Of a DNA stretch of 64,000 nucleotides, positions 49,009 to 58,159 are shown piece after piece. A program made the position numbers and the translations under genes. Below the pieces are notes generated by a model. The model ran no database searches, had not been told where the DNA came from, and was given only the letters and a program-made list of their open reading frames with translations. Origin of the DNA: an uncultured Gemmatimonadales bacterium (GTDB lineage: Bacteria; Gemmatimonadota; Gemmatimonadetes; Gemmatimonadales; GWC2-71-9); NCBI GenBank assembly GCA_963828735.1, contig CAWHFW010000005.1:672001-736000 (forward strand), written 5' to 3'. Position 1 is the first letter of the stretch. The number at the start of each line of letters is the position of its first letter.

Positions 49009-49423
49009 ACGGGCTAGTCGGTGAGCCCTGTTCACCTTCGTTTGCTTGAATGTTGCTGTGACACAACTTAGTCGCAAGCGCTGTAGCCCTGAGAATGGCC
49101 CTGAGCGCCCCAGGTCCGCTGACTCTGCACACAAGTGTGCACACAAGATCGACTCGGCAAGCGTGACAGCTTGGGGTTCGCCCACCGTGCGAGCAGCCCG
49201 GGTTAGGCTGCTCAGATGAGCCCCCTCGCGAGCTGAAAGCCTGAGTGAGTGTTGCGAGCCTCTCGATTCGCTTGCTGACTCACTCCCGCCACTCACACCG
49301 CCTAAGACGCGAAGTCCGGTACGACGGAGGCCTTGCCGGGCTCGAAAGCCAGCAACTCCAGCATGGGGTGACGCGAATTCGGCGTAAAGGTCAGCAAGTT
49401 GCTGAGTTTGGGCGGTTACAACG

Positions 49424-49470
49424 GCCCCTCTGGATCAGGAGAGTGCCGGGTCCGAGCGAAGGAGGAGCAT
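49424..49470 (+). other. Degenerate tRNA-Gln(CTG) 3'-half fragment, inverted copy of 50585..50630
   Basis: Exact 21-mer gcccctctggatcaggagagt, then a decayed T-arm (gccgggtccgagcgaaggaggagca). Confidence 0.75.
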
Positions 49471-49633
49471 TGGCCGGCGCTGTTGCGCCGGCAATTCGTC
49501 TCAGCCTGCGGGCCGAGCCGACGAGGGTCAAATCGAGCCGGACTTTGCCGTACTTTCCTCACTCAAATGTTCGACTTTGCACGTCTCACCGACGTAACAG
49601 TACCAGGCCCGAGGACCCGATAAGAGGACCACC

Positions 49634-50491
49634 ATGAGCAAGGTCTGGTTTATCACTGGAGCCGGCAGCGGCATCGGTGCCGGCGTTGCCAGGGCCGCTC
49701 TCAAGGCGGGGCACCGGGTCGTGGCGACGGGCCGGAACATGGAGAAGCTGAGCGGCGCCTTCGCCAACCTCGCCAGCGACGACCTGCTGCTCGAGCGGCT
49801 AGACGTCACCAGCGAGACGGAGGCGAAGCGGGCCGCTGATGTTGCCGTCGCCCGGTTCGGTCGCATCGACGTCTTGGTGAACAACGCCGGCTACAGCCTG
49901 CTCGGCAACTTCGAGGAGTGCACCACCGAGCAGATCGAGCGGCAGTTCGAGCCGAACTTCTGGGGCGTCGTGCACATGATGCGCGCCGTACTCCCGATCA
50001 TGCGCCGCCAACGCTCGGGCCACATCATCAACATCTCCTCCGTGGCCGGCGTCGTGGGTCAAGGAGCCGTGGCGGCCTACGGAGCGAGCAAGTTCGCAGT
50101 CGAGGGGCTCTCGCTCGCGGTTGCGCAGGAGATCGAGCGGTTCGGCATCAAGGTCACTGTGGTCGAGCCGGGCTTCTTCCGGACTGGCCTCCTCGACCCA
50201 TCATCAGTCGAGTGGAGCAGCGAGCACATCGACGACTACGGGCCCGCGGGCAACATCGCGGCCGCGTGGTCGGTCTACGACGGTCAGCAACCCAATGACC
50301 CGGCGGCCCTTGGCGAGGCGCTGGTCCAGATCGCCGACATGGAGCACCCGCCCAAGGTCTTCGCCGCAGGGGGCGACGCCCTCGACGCAATCACGCCGGT
50401 GGTGGAGGCTCGACTCGCGGAGCTCCGGGGCCACGCCGATCTCTCCAAGGCGGCGGGCGGCACGTTCACTCCCGCAGGCTCGGCGTCCTGA
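49634..50491 (+). CDS. SDR family oxidoreductase
   Basis: TGAGSGIG, NNAG, YGASK, EPGFFRT; GAGGA RBS. Confidence 0.95.
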   Translation: MSKVWFITGAGSGIGAGVARAALKAGHRVVATGRNMEKLSGAFANLASDDLLLERLDVTSETEAKRAADVAVARFGRIDVLVNNAGYSLLGNFEECTTEQIERQFEPNFWGVVHMMRAVLPIMRRQRSGHIINISSVAGVVGQGAVAAYGASKFAVEGLSLAVAQEIERFGIKVTVVEPGFFRTGLLDPSSVEWSSEHIDDYGPAGNIAAAWSVYDGQQPNDPAALGEALVQIADMEHPPKVFAAGGDALDAITPVVEARLAELRGHADLSKAAGGTFTPAGSAS

Positions 50492-50545
50492 GCAGCGGGA
50501 ACAACATTGTCGGCAAGGTCCTTGTCATGACGGCCTCAAAATAGG

Positions 50546-50581
50546 AAAGCGCCGCCACCGGGAAATCCGATGCGGCGCTTT
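50546..50581. terminator. Bidirectional terminator-like hairpin
   Basis: aaagcgccgc...gcggcgcttt, immediately 3' of the tRNA-Gln fragment and downstream of the SDR gene. Confidence 0.7.
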
Positions 50582-50584
50582 CAG

Positions 50585-50626
50585 TTGCCCCTCCTGGGCT
50601 CGAACCAGGACTCTCCTGATCCAGAG
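50585..50626 (-). other. tRNA-Gln(CTG) 3'-half fragment (attR-like)
   Basis: Minus strand CTCTGGAtcaggagagtcctgGTTCGAgcccaggaggggcaa; the 5' anticodon stem strand is missing. Confidence 0.88.
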
Positions 50627-50969
50627 GGGCGATCGAAACCGCAGGTTTTTGAGCAACTTGCACCTTCACTGCGAGATCGTGTCACCCTTTGCTCAGCTCT
50701 GCCTTTCACTCGAATACATGTTGCAAAGATTCCGGCTTAGAGCTGCTTGCGTCTGGAGCGATCTTCTTAAGCCTGATGAGTTGCTGGACGGTACCTGCTG
50801 ACGTCATAAGCCTAAAGCCGAAGCAGCATCTGCGGCGCTCTGGATCTGGCTCCGGCCTGCCCGGACAGGGCTTCCTCTTGGCAGGGGGCTGCCTCCACCA
50901 ACGGAATTCCGCACGAGAGGTAGGGGTAATGGCAATCCTACCAGCGTTCATGCGCTTTTGCCCTTCCTT

Positions 50970-51647
50970 CTAAAAAGATCGGGGCTCAATGCCCGCGCGA
51001 CGCAAACGCCCTTCGCGGTCATTCCGGTTCATTTCTTCCGTCGCAAACGGGTAGCGGGAATTCGGACTGGCGAGTGGGCCACCAAGGGCGATGCGCTGCA
51101 TGATCACACCGGCGAAGAAGCCGAGATAGAGGATCCCAAAGACCAAGTCCCACCATCGGACCGCGCCCCGGCTGAAGACTTCCATGAAGTACAAAATGGC
51201 CAGCGGCACATGACCGAATATGACCGCCACGAGGCCCGGGTTGTACCAGGTCTTTAACTTGGAATTGATGATGACTCCATGGACGATCACCTGACCTACG
51301 AGTCCGAACAGCATCTGTCCGAAACCCAGCCAGAGCACGCGCGGGAGCAGCACCGGTACAAGGTAGAACACCCAACCAAGCACGTTGATGAATGCCGCAT
51401 TGTTCTGGTTGAGAGGATAGCGATCAGGCGGACCGCCCGGTTTCGGCGTCAATACTTCGTTGCAGATCCAGGGAAAGCCGCCGGGCCAGGCATACTCCTC
51501 GAACTGATGGAGAATCAGAACGATAAAATTCAACGCAAGGAGTTTCTGCACCCAAACGATGTCATTCCATTGCCACGCCAGCCACACGGCCATCACGGCC
51601 GCAGGAATCAAGCCCAGGCTATACCAGTGTCTTCGAAATACGTTCAT
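50970..51647 (-). CDS. HXXEE domain membrane protein
   Basis: LHQFEEY, WYNPGL; visibly lower GC than the flanks. Confidence 0.88.
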   Translation of the reverse strand: MNVFRRHWYSLGLIPAAVMAVWLAWQWNDIVWVQKLLALNFIVLILHQFEEYAWPGGFPWICNEVLTPKPGGPPDRYPLNQNNAAFINVLGWVFYLVPVLLPRVLWLGFGQMLFGLVGQVIVHGVIINSKLKTWYNPGLVAVIFGHVPLAILYFMEVFSRGAVRWWDLVFGILYLGFFAGVIMQRIALGGPLASPNSRYPFATEEMNRNDREGRLRRAGIEPRSF

Positions 51648-51675
51648 GTGCTTTTGATTCGCTTTCGCAGGACGG

Positions 51676-52417
51676 CTAGTTCCCCTGCGGCGTCAAAACT
51701 GGCCGCAACGACTCAGGCTTGAAGAACCGGCTCGCAATGGCCGCCAAGATAATCGGCGCGAAACCGATCACGGCGGCAAAGACCAGCAGGCCCGCATTGC
51801 CGATCACCCCGTTCTTGTACAACCCGTAGCCCATGAAAAGCAGGACATGAGTGACGGCTCCGGCGCCGAACGCCACGACCACGACCTTGCCGCTGTACGG
51901 TCCGCGAATCGTGCACGCGTATATGACCCAGAGGGACAACGGAACAAACAAGATGACGCTGCTCCATAGGCCGGTGTTGTAAGCGCCCGCCACGACGCCC
52001 GCCCGCGGTGTGCAGAAGTCCGTTGGCCAAGAGCAGTCCCCAGAAGCTGAGGCCGATGAGGACGTTGCGCCTGCAGAGGTACGCCGCCAGTGGCGCCCCG
52101 AACCACATCAGAGCGATGTTCACCACCGGGTAGAAGGCCAGCGGAATCGGGCAGTCCGGATACGGCGGAAAGCCGAGGTTCTTGCAGATCATTTCCTGGA
52201 TTGAGTAGTCGAAGCCCAGCACCGGCAGGCTGTATTCCTCGAACTGATGTATCCAGTAGAGCGGCACGGCGAGCCATGCCAGCCACACAGGATCACGCCA
52301 GCGCGATACCGTGGTGTTGCCACGGAATGTGTCGGTCAGCAGCAGGATGGCGACCATCACGATCGCCCCGCCCACCCCTATGAACGGCCAAACGGTGTAG
52401 AACCAGTGTGTTTGCAT
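51676..52417 (-). pseudogene. HXXEE domain membrane protein with a frameshift
   Basis: IHQFEEY in 51713..52417; C-terminus (YNTGL) in frame 51676..51993; one extra G near 51998. Confidence 0.82.
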
Positions 52418-52439
52418 GGGGCGTCCCCTTTGCGCTGGC

Positions 52440-52469
52440 GCCTAACGAATGGCAAATCAGCCGCGGCGG
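52440..52469 (-). repeat. attC R'-like half site upstream of the HXXEE genes
   Basis: Minus strand ccgccgcggctgatttgccattcGTTAGGC, then 22 nt containing the RBS, then ATG. Confidence 0.5.
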
Positions 52470-52673
52470 AGCTGGGTTGCTCCTCAGTGGTGGGCGGGCG
52501 GCCCGGAGGTACCAGTCACCCCCGCCCGTGAATGGCCCGAAGGCATGCGCCAGTCTATGAGCCGGCCAGTCGACCGGGTATTGGACTTTGGACCATGTCG
52601 GCGGGGCCGCTTTGAAATCGAGCCGCGTTGGCGCCTGCTGACGACACGAGGAAGCCCGACATGACCTAGGTCA

Positions 52674-52762
52674 TTGTCGGGCTTCATTGCCCCCGTGGCG
52701 ACGCTGGTCGACGTGACCGGGCTGGTGATCTATTTCTCAGTGGGGTTGGTCATCCTGGGAGT
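52674..52762 (+). pseudogene. C-terminal fragment of magnesium transporter MgtE
   Basis: VATLVDVTGLVIYFSVGLVIL matches the last MgtE TM helix; the rest is absent. Confidence 0.7.
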
Positions 52763-53182
52763 GGAAGGACACCCTCACCACGCTGCACCTGTGGACCCAG
52801 ATCGTGGGAGAAATCCGGCTGGCACGTCCTCCTGGACAGGATGCGCGTCCGGTCAGCGTGAACACCCGGCGTGAGACACAGCCAGTCTCGGTGCACCTTT
52901 TCGTACTAGCCGCCTCCTAGTTCAAGGGGCTTCTGCCGCGCTGCTCCTTGTCCCACCGGCTGACAAGGTTCATCAGGCGGTCCCAGAACCCTACGGGACC
53001 GGCACGCGACCCGCTTCCATTATCGTCGTAGCACTCGGGGAATCCCGGCAGCCCGCCAGGGCGGAGGAGCGACACGAGAGAGTTCACGCCGTAGGCGATG
53101 GATTTTTCTAATCCGACGGGAGGTCGGCAGGCCCACTGGGCGGAAGGCCGGCGGGGGACTGTTCCACCGGCCCGAGTGATTC

Positions 53183-53413
53183 TCAGCCCTTTTCTGGGGG
53201 GCCTTGGCTGGCCAACGCGAGCTCGCCGTTGATCTCGAACGTCGGCAGCACCCCCGGAATGCTGAGTGTCGCATGCACCGGCAGGATCTCGTTTCCAGTG
53301 AGCTTGCCTTCGCGCAGAGCCGTCTCCACCGCCCGCTCTATTTCGCGCTGCGCCGTTACTCCGAAGCCCTTGAGGAACTTCCGGACCTCGAGATTGAAGA
53401 CGTCCTCATTCAC
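53183..53413 (-). CDS. DUF6494-like small protein
   Basis: GGAGGT RBS, GTG start; FNLEVRKFLKGFGVTAQREIE. Confidence 0.8.
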   Translation of the reverse strand: MNEDVFNLEVRKFLKGFGVTAQREIERAVETALREGKLTGNEILPVHATLSIPGVLPTFEINGELALASQGPPEKG

Positions 53414-53668
53414 GGTTACCTCCGGACTGATCATCTCCCCATCGGGTCCGCAACTTCGGATCCTGCTGCTCCCCGCCCCGACATGCGAAGTACAGATCTT
53501 CTAGCATGCGAAGCCCCACCTCCCACCGCGGACCCAAGCTGGCTCCAGTTCCCGCAACTGCGGGGCAACTGTGCGTGCAACGGTACGCGCTGGTATCCAG
53601 GTGGCCACCGCGATAGTTGGATTACCACGGGGCAGGCTCAGGGGGTTCCAAGCGCCTGTGCCCCCTAT

Positions 53669-54010
53669 CTAGGTACCCCGGGGTGGGACCACGCCACCAC
53701 CTTCGGTCGCCTTGTCGATCTGGTCGCTGAGCGCCTCCGGCTCCGTCGCCTCCGCCAGCACCCGCACCTCAGCGCCCTCGTCGAATTGGCAGCCAACCGT
53801 CCGCCCGATCTCCTCCAGCATCAGCAGCATCTTCGTGTTCTCCTGCTCGGCCAAGAGGTTCAGCTGCAGGTCCAGATGACCGCGCTTGTCGCTGATCTTG
53901 GCCGCGCGGTTCTGGCTCATCAGGATGAAGATCGCGAGAAAGATCGCTTCCACCGAGAGCACGAGCGCCATCACCCGCTCGACGTTGTGGCGCGTCAGGT
54001 CCGCCGCGGA
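53669..54010 (-). pseudogene. DUF1003 membrane protein with a probable internal deletion
   Basis: SVEAIFLAIFILMSQNR...DLQLNLLAEQE present; the first TM and DPxPF motif are missing. Confidence 0.7.
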
Positions 54011-54391
54011 GTGCGGCTGTAAGGGGCGGTCTGCCGCTGAGGGGCCTGAGCCTCCTGGGTCACTCGCTATCCGACGATCTCGCTGTAAGCGGCCCCAGTC
54101 AGGTACCACGCGGCCCCCCTGATTTCGCAACCAAAGCTGTCTTCCTCCCGTATCGAGTCCCGAACTCGCTGCCCCGAGTCTAGGGGGAAGGACGGCGGGG
54201 CACGGTGAGGGTCCTCACGCAGCGGGTGGCTGTACGGTAGCGTACCGGAGTCGCGCTCAAGCGCCTGCGAGGTCGGCAACGAAGGGACGCACATCACGGC
54301 GCAGCGCAGGTCCGTGGGCGAGACTGCATGCCCCGCCGACCCAGCGATGTGGGGCCGGACCGTCATGAGACGCATCACCGCGGAGCAAGCC

Positions 54392-54922
54392 ATGCCGCTC
54401 GATAGCTTGGAGAAGTTGTTTGTCGAAGAGTTGAAGGACGTCTACCATGCCGAGAAGCAGCTCGTCGCGGCGTTGCCCAAGTTGGCCGACGCTGCCAGCG
54501 ATCCCGCCTTGGCCGAGGCCTTCGCCAAGCACCTCAAGGAAACCGAAGGACACGTGGCCCGGATCGAGAAGGTGTTCCAGATCCTCGGTCTTCCCAATCG
54601 GGGGAAGACGTGCAGAGGGATGCAAGGCCTGGTGGAGGAAGGGAAAGAGATTCTCGAGGAGAAGGGCGAGGACAGCGTGATCGACGCCGCCCTGATCTCA
54701 GCCGCGCAGCGGGTGGAACACTATGAAATGGCCGCCTACGGCTGCCTGCGGAGCTACGCCCAGTTGTTGGGCCACACCGACGTCGCCCAGCTCCTCGAGC
54801 ACACGCTTCAGGAAGAGGAAGCGGCGGACGAGAAGTTGACGGAGCTGGCCGAGGGTGGCATCAACGAGGCGGCGCTAGCCGGGCCACCGTTCAAAGGTTC
54901 TGAAGCCAAGCAAGCGATGTAA
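54392..54922 (+). CDS. YciE/YciF (DUF892) ferritin-like protein
   Basis: LKDVYHAEKQ, HLKET, AQRVEHYEMAAYG, EEEAADEKL. Confidence 0.92.
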   Translation: MPLDSLEKLFVEELKDVYHAEKQLVAALPKLADAASDPALAEAFAKHLKETEGHVARIEKVFQILGLPNRGKTCRGMQGLVEEGKEILEEKGEDSVIDAALISAAQRVEHYEMAAYGCLRSYAQLLGHTDVAQLLEHTLQEEEAADEKLTELAEGGINEAALAGPPFKGSEAKQAM

Positions 54923-55086
54923 GCCGGGGTGGGCGCGTGATGACTGCACCGCCGCCCTGTCGGGCGGCGGTACTTTCCACAGTCACGGGCGCCTCTCCTT
55001 CCTCACCCTCGCCATCAGTACCCATCCCCTCGTCGTTGCCTGTTTCACCGGACTTCGCTCTGAGCGGTACGCGAGCCTGCGCGTTG

Positions 55087-56751
55087 CTAGGCCCTGACGC
55101 CGGCGGCCTCCATCGGGCGGCCCCGCAGCTCGGCGAGATACTGGTGCACCACGGCGATCGCCATGCTCCCCTCGCCGACACCGGACGCGACGCGCTTGAT
55201 TGACCCGTGCCGCACGTCGCCCGCCGCGAGGATGCCCGGGACGCTGGTCTCGAGCAGATACGGATCCCGCGCCAGTGGCCAGGTGGCTGGCCGCCGCTCC
55301 GCGAGCTGGTCCACCACGTCGCGCCCCGTGCAGACGTAGCCCCAGCGATCTCGGATCACGTCTTCGGGCAACCAGGAAGTCTCGGCGCGCGCTCCGATGA
55401 ACACGAAAACCCCGTCGCTTGGAATCCGTTCCGGCTGTCTCGCGGCCTTCCTGAGCACGTGGATGGCCTGCAGCGAATCCTCGCCCTCGACCTCCACGAC
55501 CTCGACCTCGGTCTCGATCGTCACATTTCCCTTGGTGGCCAGCTGGTCTACCAGGTATTGGGACATGCTGTCGGCGACCGATGGGCCGCGCACAAGCATC
55601 GTCACCGATTCCGCGTAGTTGGCGAACATCATCGCGGCCTGACCGGCCGAATTGCCGCCGCCGATCAGGTGCACCGACTGGCCGCGGAGCCGGAGCCCCT
55701 CTGCCCGCGCGGCTCCGTAGTACACCCCGTGACCCACCAGGCGATCCATGCCCGGCACGTCGAGGCGCCTCCATTCGACGCCGGTGGCCACGATCACCGA
55801 CCGCGCGAAGATGTCGGACCCGTCCTCGAGCTCAAGTGCGTGCGGCGCCCCCGGCTCCGCTGACTTCAGCGCCCTCGCAGACCGAGTCACCAACAGCTCG
55901 GCGCCCAGCCGGAGGGCCTGCTGCGTCGCCTTCTCGCTCAGCTCCTCGCCGGAGAGCCCGCCGGGAAAGCCGAGATAGTTCTCGATACGGGACGACGTGC
56001 CGGCCTGGCCGCCCCAGGCCGTCCGCTCGACGAGCAGGGTTCGGAGCCCTTCCGAGGCGCCGTACACCGCGGCTGCGAGGCCGGCCGGGCCGCCGCCCAC
56101 TATGGCGACGTCATACCGGTCCTCCCTGGGCTCGGTCTGGAAGCCGAGCGCCTCGGCGAGCAGGCGATACGAGGGGACCTCCAGCCGTCTTCCGTCTGGC
56201 AGCAGCACCGCGGGTGGTCTCTCCTCCTCGCGCCAGACGAATGGAACGCGGTTTCGGGACAGGAACTCGCGCAGGTCGTAGCAGACCGGATCGTGCCGCT
56301 GTCCGACGACCGTCGCCATCACAGTGGGCGCGTCCGCGGTCGCCTGCTGCAGGCGGCCCACACGGCTGACCATCGTCCGCGAGATCTCGCTGCTCAACAC
56401 CCGGCACTGGGTGACCATCTCCAGGAAGTCGGGGCGGTCGAGCCGCAGGAGGCGGGTCGGCTCGGTAGCCTGGAGGGTGGCGAGCGCGGGCGCGCCGAGA
56501 AGCAGTGGCACCTCGCCGAAATAGTCGCCAGGACCGTATGTAGCGATCCGCTGATCGCGGCCGCCGATCGCCTTGAATACATCGATCCTGCCCTCGAGCA
56601 GGCCGAAGAATGCCGGGGCCTGCCCCTCGAACAGCAGGTACTCGCCGATCCTGAGGCGCACATCGGCCGAGCGCGCCGCGAGCGACGCGCGCTCGGCGTC
56701 GGGGATGGCGGCGAAGAGCGAAATCTCCCTGAGGAGGTCGGCGGTGATCAC
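55087..56751 (-). CDS. cNMP-binding domain + thioredoxin-reductase-like FAD oxidoreductase
   Basis: N-terminal GDYFGE cNMP domain; GGGPAG, GGQAGTSSRIENYLGFP, GGGNSAGQAA, AGDVR. Confidence 0.92.
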   Translation of the reverse strand: MITADLLREISLFAAIPDAERASLAARSADVRLRIGEYLLFEGQAPAFFGLLEGRIDVFKAIGGRDQRIATYGPGDYFGEVPLLLGAPALATLQATEPTRLLRLDRPDFLEMVTQCRVLSSEISRTMVSRVGRLQQATADAPTVMATVVGQRHDPVCYDLREFLSRNRVPFVWREEERPPAVLLPDGRRLEVPSYRLLAEALGFQTEPREDRYDVAIVGGGPAGLAAAVYGASEGLRTLLVERTAWGGQAGTSSRIENYLGFPGGLSGEELSEKATQQALRLGAELLVTRSARALKSAEPGAPHALELEDGSDIFARSVIVATGVEWRRLDVPGMDRLVGHGVYYGAARAEGLRLRGQSVHLIGGGNSAGQAAMMFANYAESVTMLVRGPSVADSMSQYLVDQLATKGNVTIETEVEVVEVEGEDSLQAIHVLRKAARQPERIPSDGVFVFIGARAETSWLPEDVIRDRWGYVCTGRDVVDQLAERRPATWPLARDPYLLETSVPGILAAGDVRHGSIKRVASGVGEGSMAIAVVHQYLAELRGRPMEAAGVRA

Positions 56752-56800
56752 GCGGCCTCCTGCGGGACCCCGACGAGGTCGCTACTGGGAGGCCTTGCGC

Positions 56801-57127
56801 TCACTGGTACACTGGGGGGTGATGCCTCACCGCCGCCGTAGCCTCGTCAAGGCGACCGAGGTATTCGGTGACGGTCTCGCCCGCGCGCCGCCGAGGCAGC
56901 ACGAAATGCACGTCGTCGGGCTCGCGGGTGACGCCGTGAGGCCCTTCGTCCACCATGAGATCTCCGCCGCGCGACTCGACCGCGAGCTCGAAGCGCTCAA
57001 CCGACTCGAGGAGCGTCGCCAGCTCGTCGCTCGTCTCCCGCCCGGTGAGCGCGACAGCGCGCTGCCGCAGGCGGGCGCTCGTCTCAGCCACGGCGCAGCG
57101 AAGCTCTTCCTGTTGCTCGGGATACAT
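56801..57127 (-). CDS. Hypothetical protein
   Basis: Helical ORF; VESRGGDLMVD, PDDVHFVLPRR. Confidence 0.7.
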   Translation of the reverse strand: MYPEQQEELRCAVAETSARLRQRAVALTGRETSDELATLLESVERFELAVESRGGDLMVDEGPHGVTREPDDVHFVLPRRRAGETVTEYLGRLDEATAAVRHHPPVYQ

Positions 57128-57448
57128 GATTGTACCTTGGGCTCCTCTCTTGGTGTCCCAGAGACCGTCGCTTTCAACTCTCACCATGCGCCGACTTGCC
57201 GCAAGCCCTCGCGGGTGTGGGCTCACGGACGGCAGTTCTGTCGAAGTTTGCCGGGGCTCGAACTCTGGAATCCCGCTTCTGCGGTGCCGTATAGTTGAGC
57301 CCTAGGGCGATCCTGACCAAATCGGCAAGAAAGCCCGCCCTATTTCGCGTCACCTGCCGATGTGCTTTCACGTGATCTCACCGGTCCCCGTGCGCACCCT
57401 ATTCGTCAGTTCGGATACAAGAGGCAATCAGCAGGAGGCGTTCTAGCG

Positions 57449-58159
57449 TCATGGGGCCGGGCCACGAAGAGAGACCGCGGCCGTCGGTGACGTCCGCTTT
57501 CCCGCTCCAACGGTTGGTTGCGTACCGTAGAAGTGGACAAACCCCCGGATCACGTTCGCAATCGCAACGCTGAAATCGCCGAGCGCTTTGCTCAACGATG
57601 CAACCGACTGCTCGGTCGGGGTACCCGCTCCCGAGGCGGTCAGCCGTGTCTCCTTCTCAGCAATCGTTCGCCGGCTTGCGACATCGCGCAGGAACCATCG
57701 TGCTACGAGGTGCGCCGTCCCGGCGGTGTCCGTCTCGAAGCTCAGCACGTCGATCTCGAGCTGATAGGTTGGCCGCTCTTGAGCCGGCCAGGGCTGCACT
57801 CTTACCCGATCGCGGAGCAGGACCGATAAGTTGTGAGCCAGCACCTGCCCAATGTTGTCTTCCAGGGGCTCTGCCCAACGATCATCGCCGGAGAGAGTAA
57901 CACGATTCTGGGAGATCCGGGTAACTATCTGGTCCTGATCCAGATATCCCGGCAGTTGGATGGGCCCCAGGCCTATCGCAGGCCGCGCCAGCCCTGGCGA
58001 ATTCGTGGTCGCGGCCTGCTCGGCTCCGGGTTCTGGAAGCGGGCTGAGGGTAAAGAGTCCCCATGGCTGTTGCTGCTGTTGGCCGACGTGCACGCAGCCG
58101 GTGAAGCAGATGCAGGCCAACGCCAGGAACACGGGTCGAGCACGCGGACCCCGCATCAC
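57449..58159 (-). CDS. PqiC-like ABC transport auxiliary lipoprotein
   Basis: Lipobox FTGC; LPGYLD, RWAEPL. Confidence 0.85.
   Translation of the reverse strand: MMRGPRARPVFLALACICFTGCVHVGQQQQQPWGLFTLSPLPEPGAEQAATTNSPGLARPAIGLGPIQLPGYLDQDQIVTRISQNRVTLSGDDRWAEPLEDNIGQVLAHNLSVLLRDRVRVQPWPAQERPTYQLEIDVLSFETDTAGTAHLVARWFLRDVASRRTIAEKETRLTASGAGTPTEQSVASLSKALGDFSVAIANVIRGFVHFYGTQPTVGAGKRTSPTAAVSLRGPAP

Noticed and set aside
48965..50626. Intact tRNA-Lys or tRNA-Gln genes
   Set aside because: All three copies lack the D arm, the 5' acceptor strand and the 5' anticodon stem.
50790..50900. Closing attC of the HXXEE cassette (minus strand gcgccgcag...tttaggc)
   Set aside because: The core reads TTTAGGC rather than GTTRRRY, and there is no convincing partner arm.
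53155..53175. Possible IS terminal repeat (gactgttccaccggcccg)
   Set aside because: No partner inverted repeat or transposase seen.
57248..57372. Third copy of the tRNA-Gln att-like unit (gggctcgaac, gggcgatc, gtcacc, ctttcac)
   Set aside because: Short matches with inconsistent spacing and no anticodon core; may be chance.
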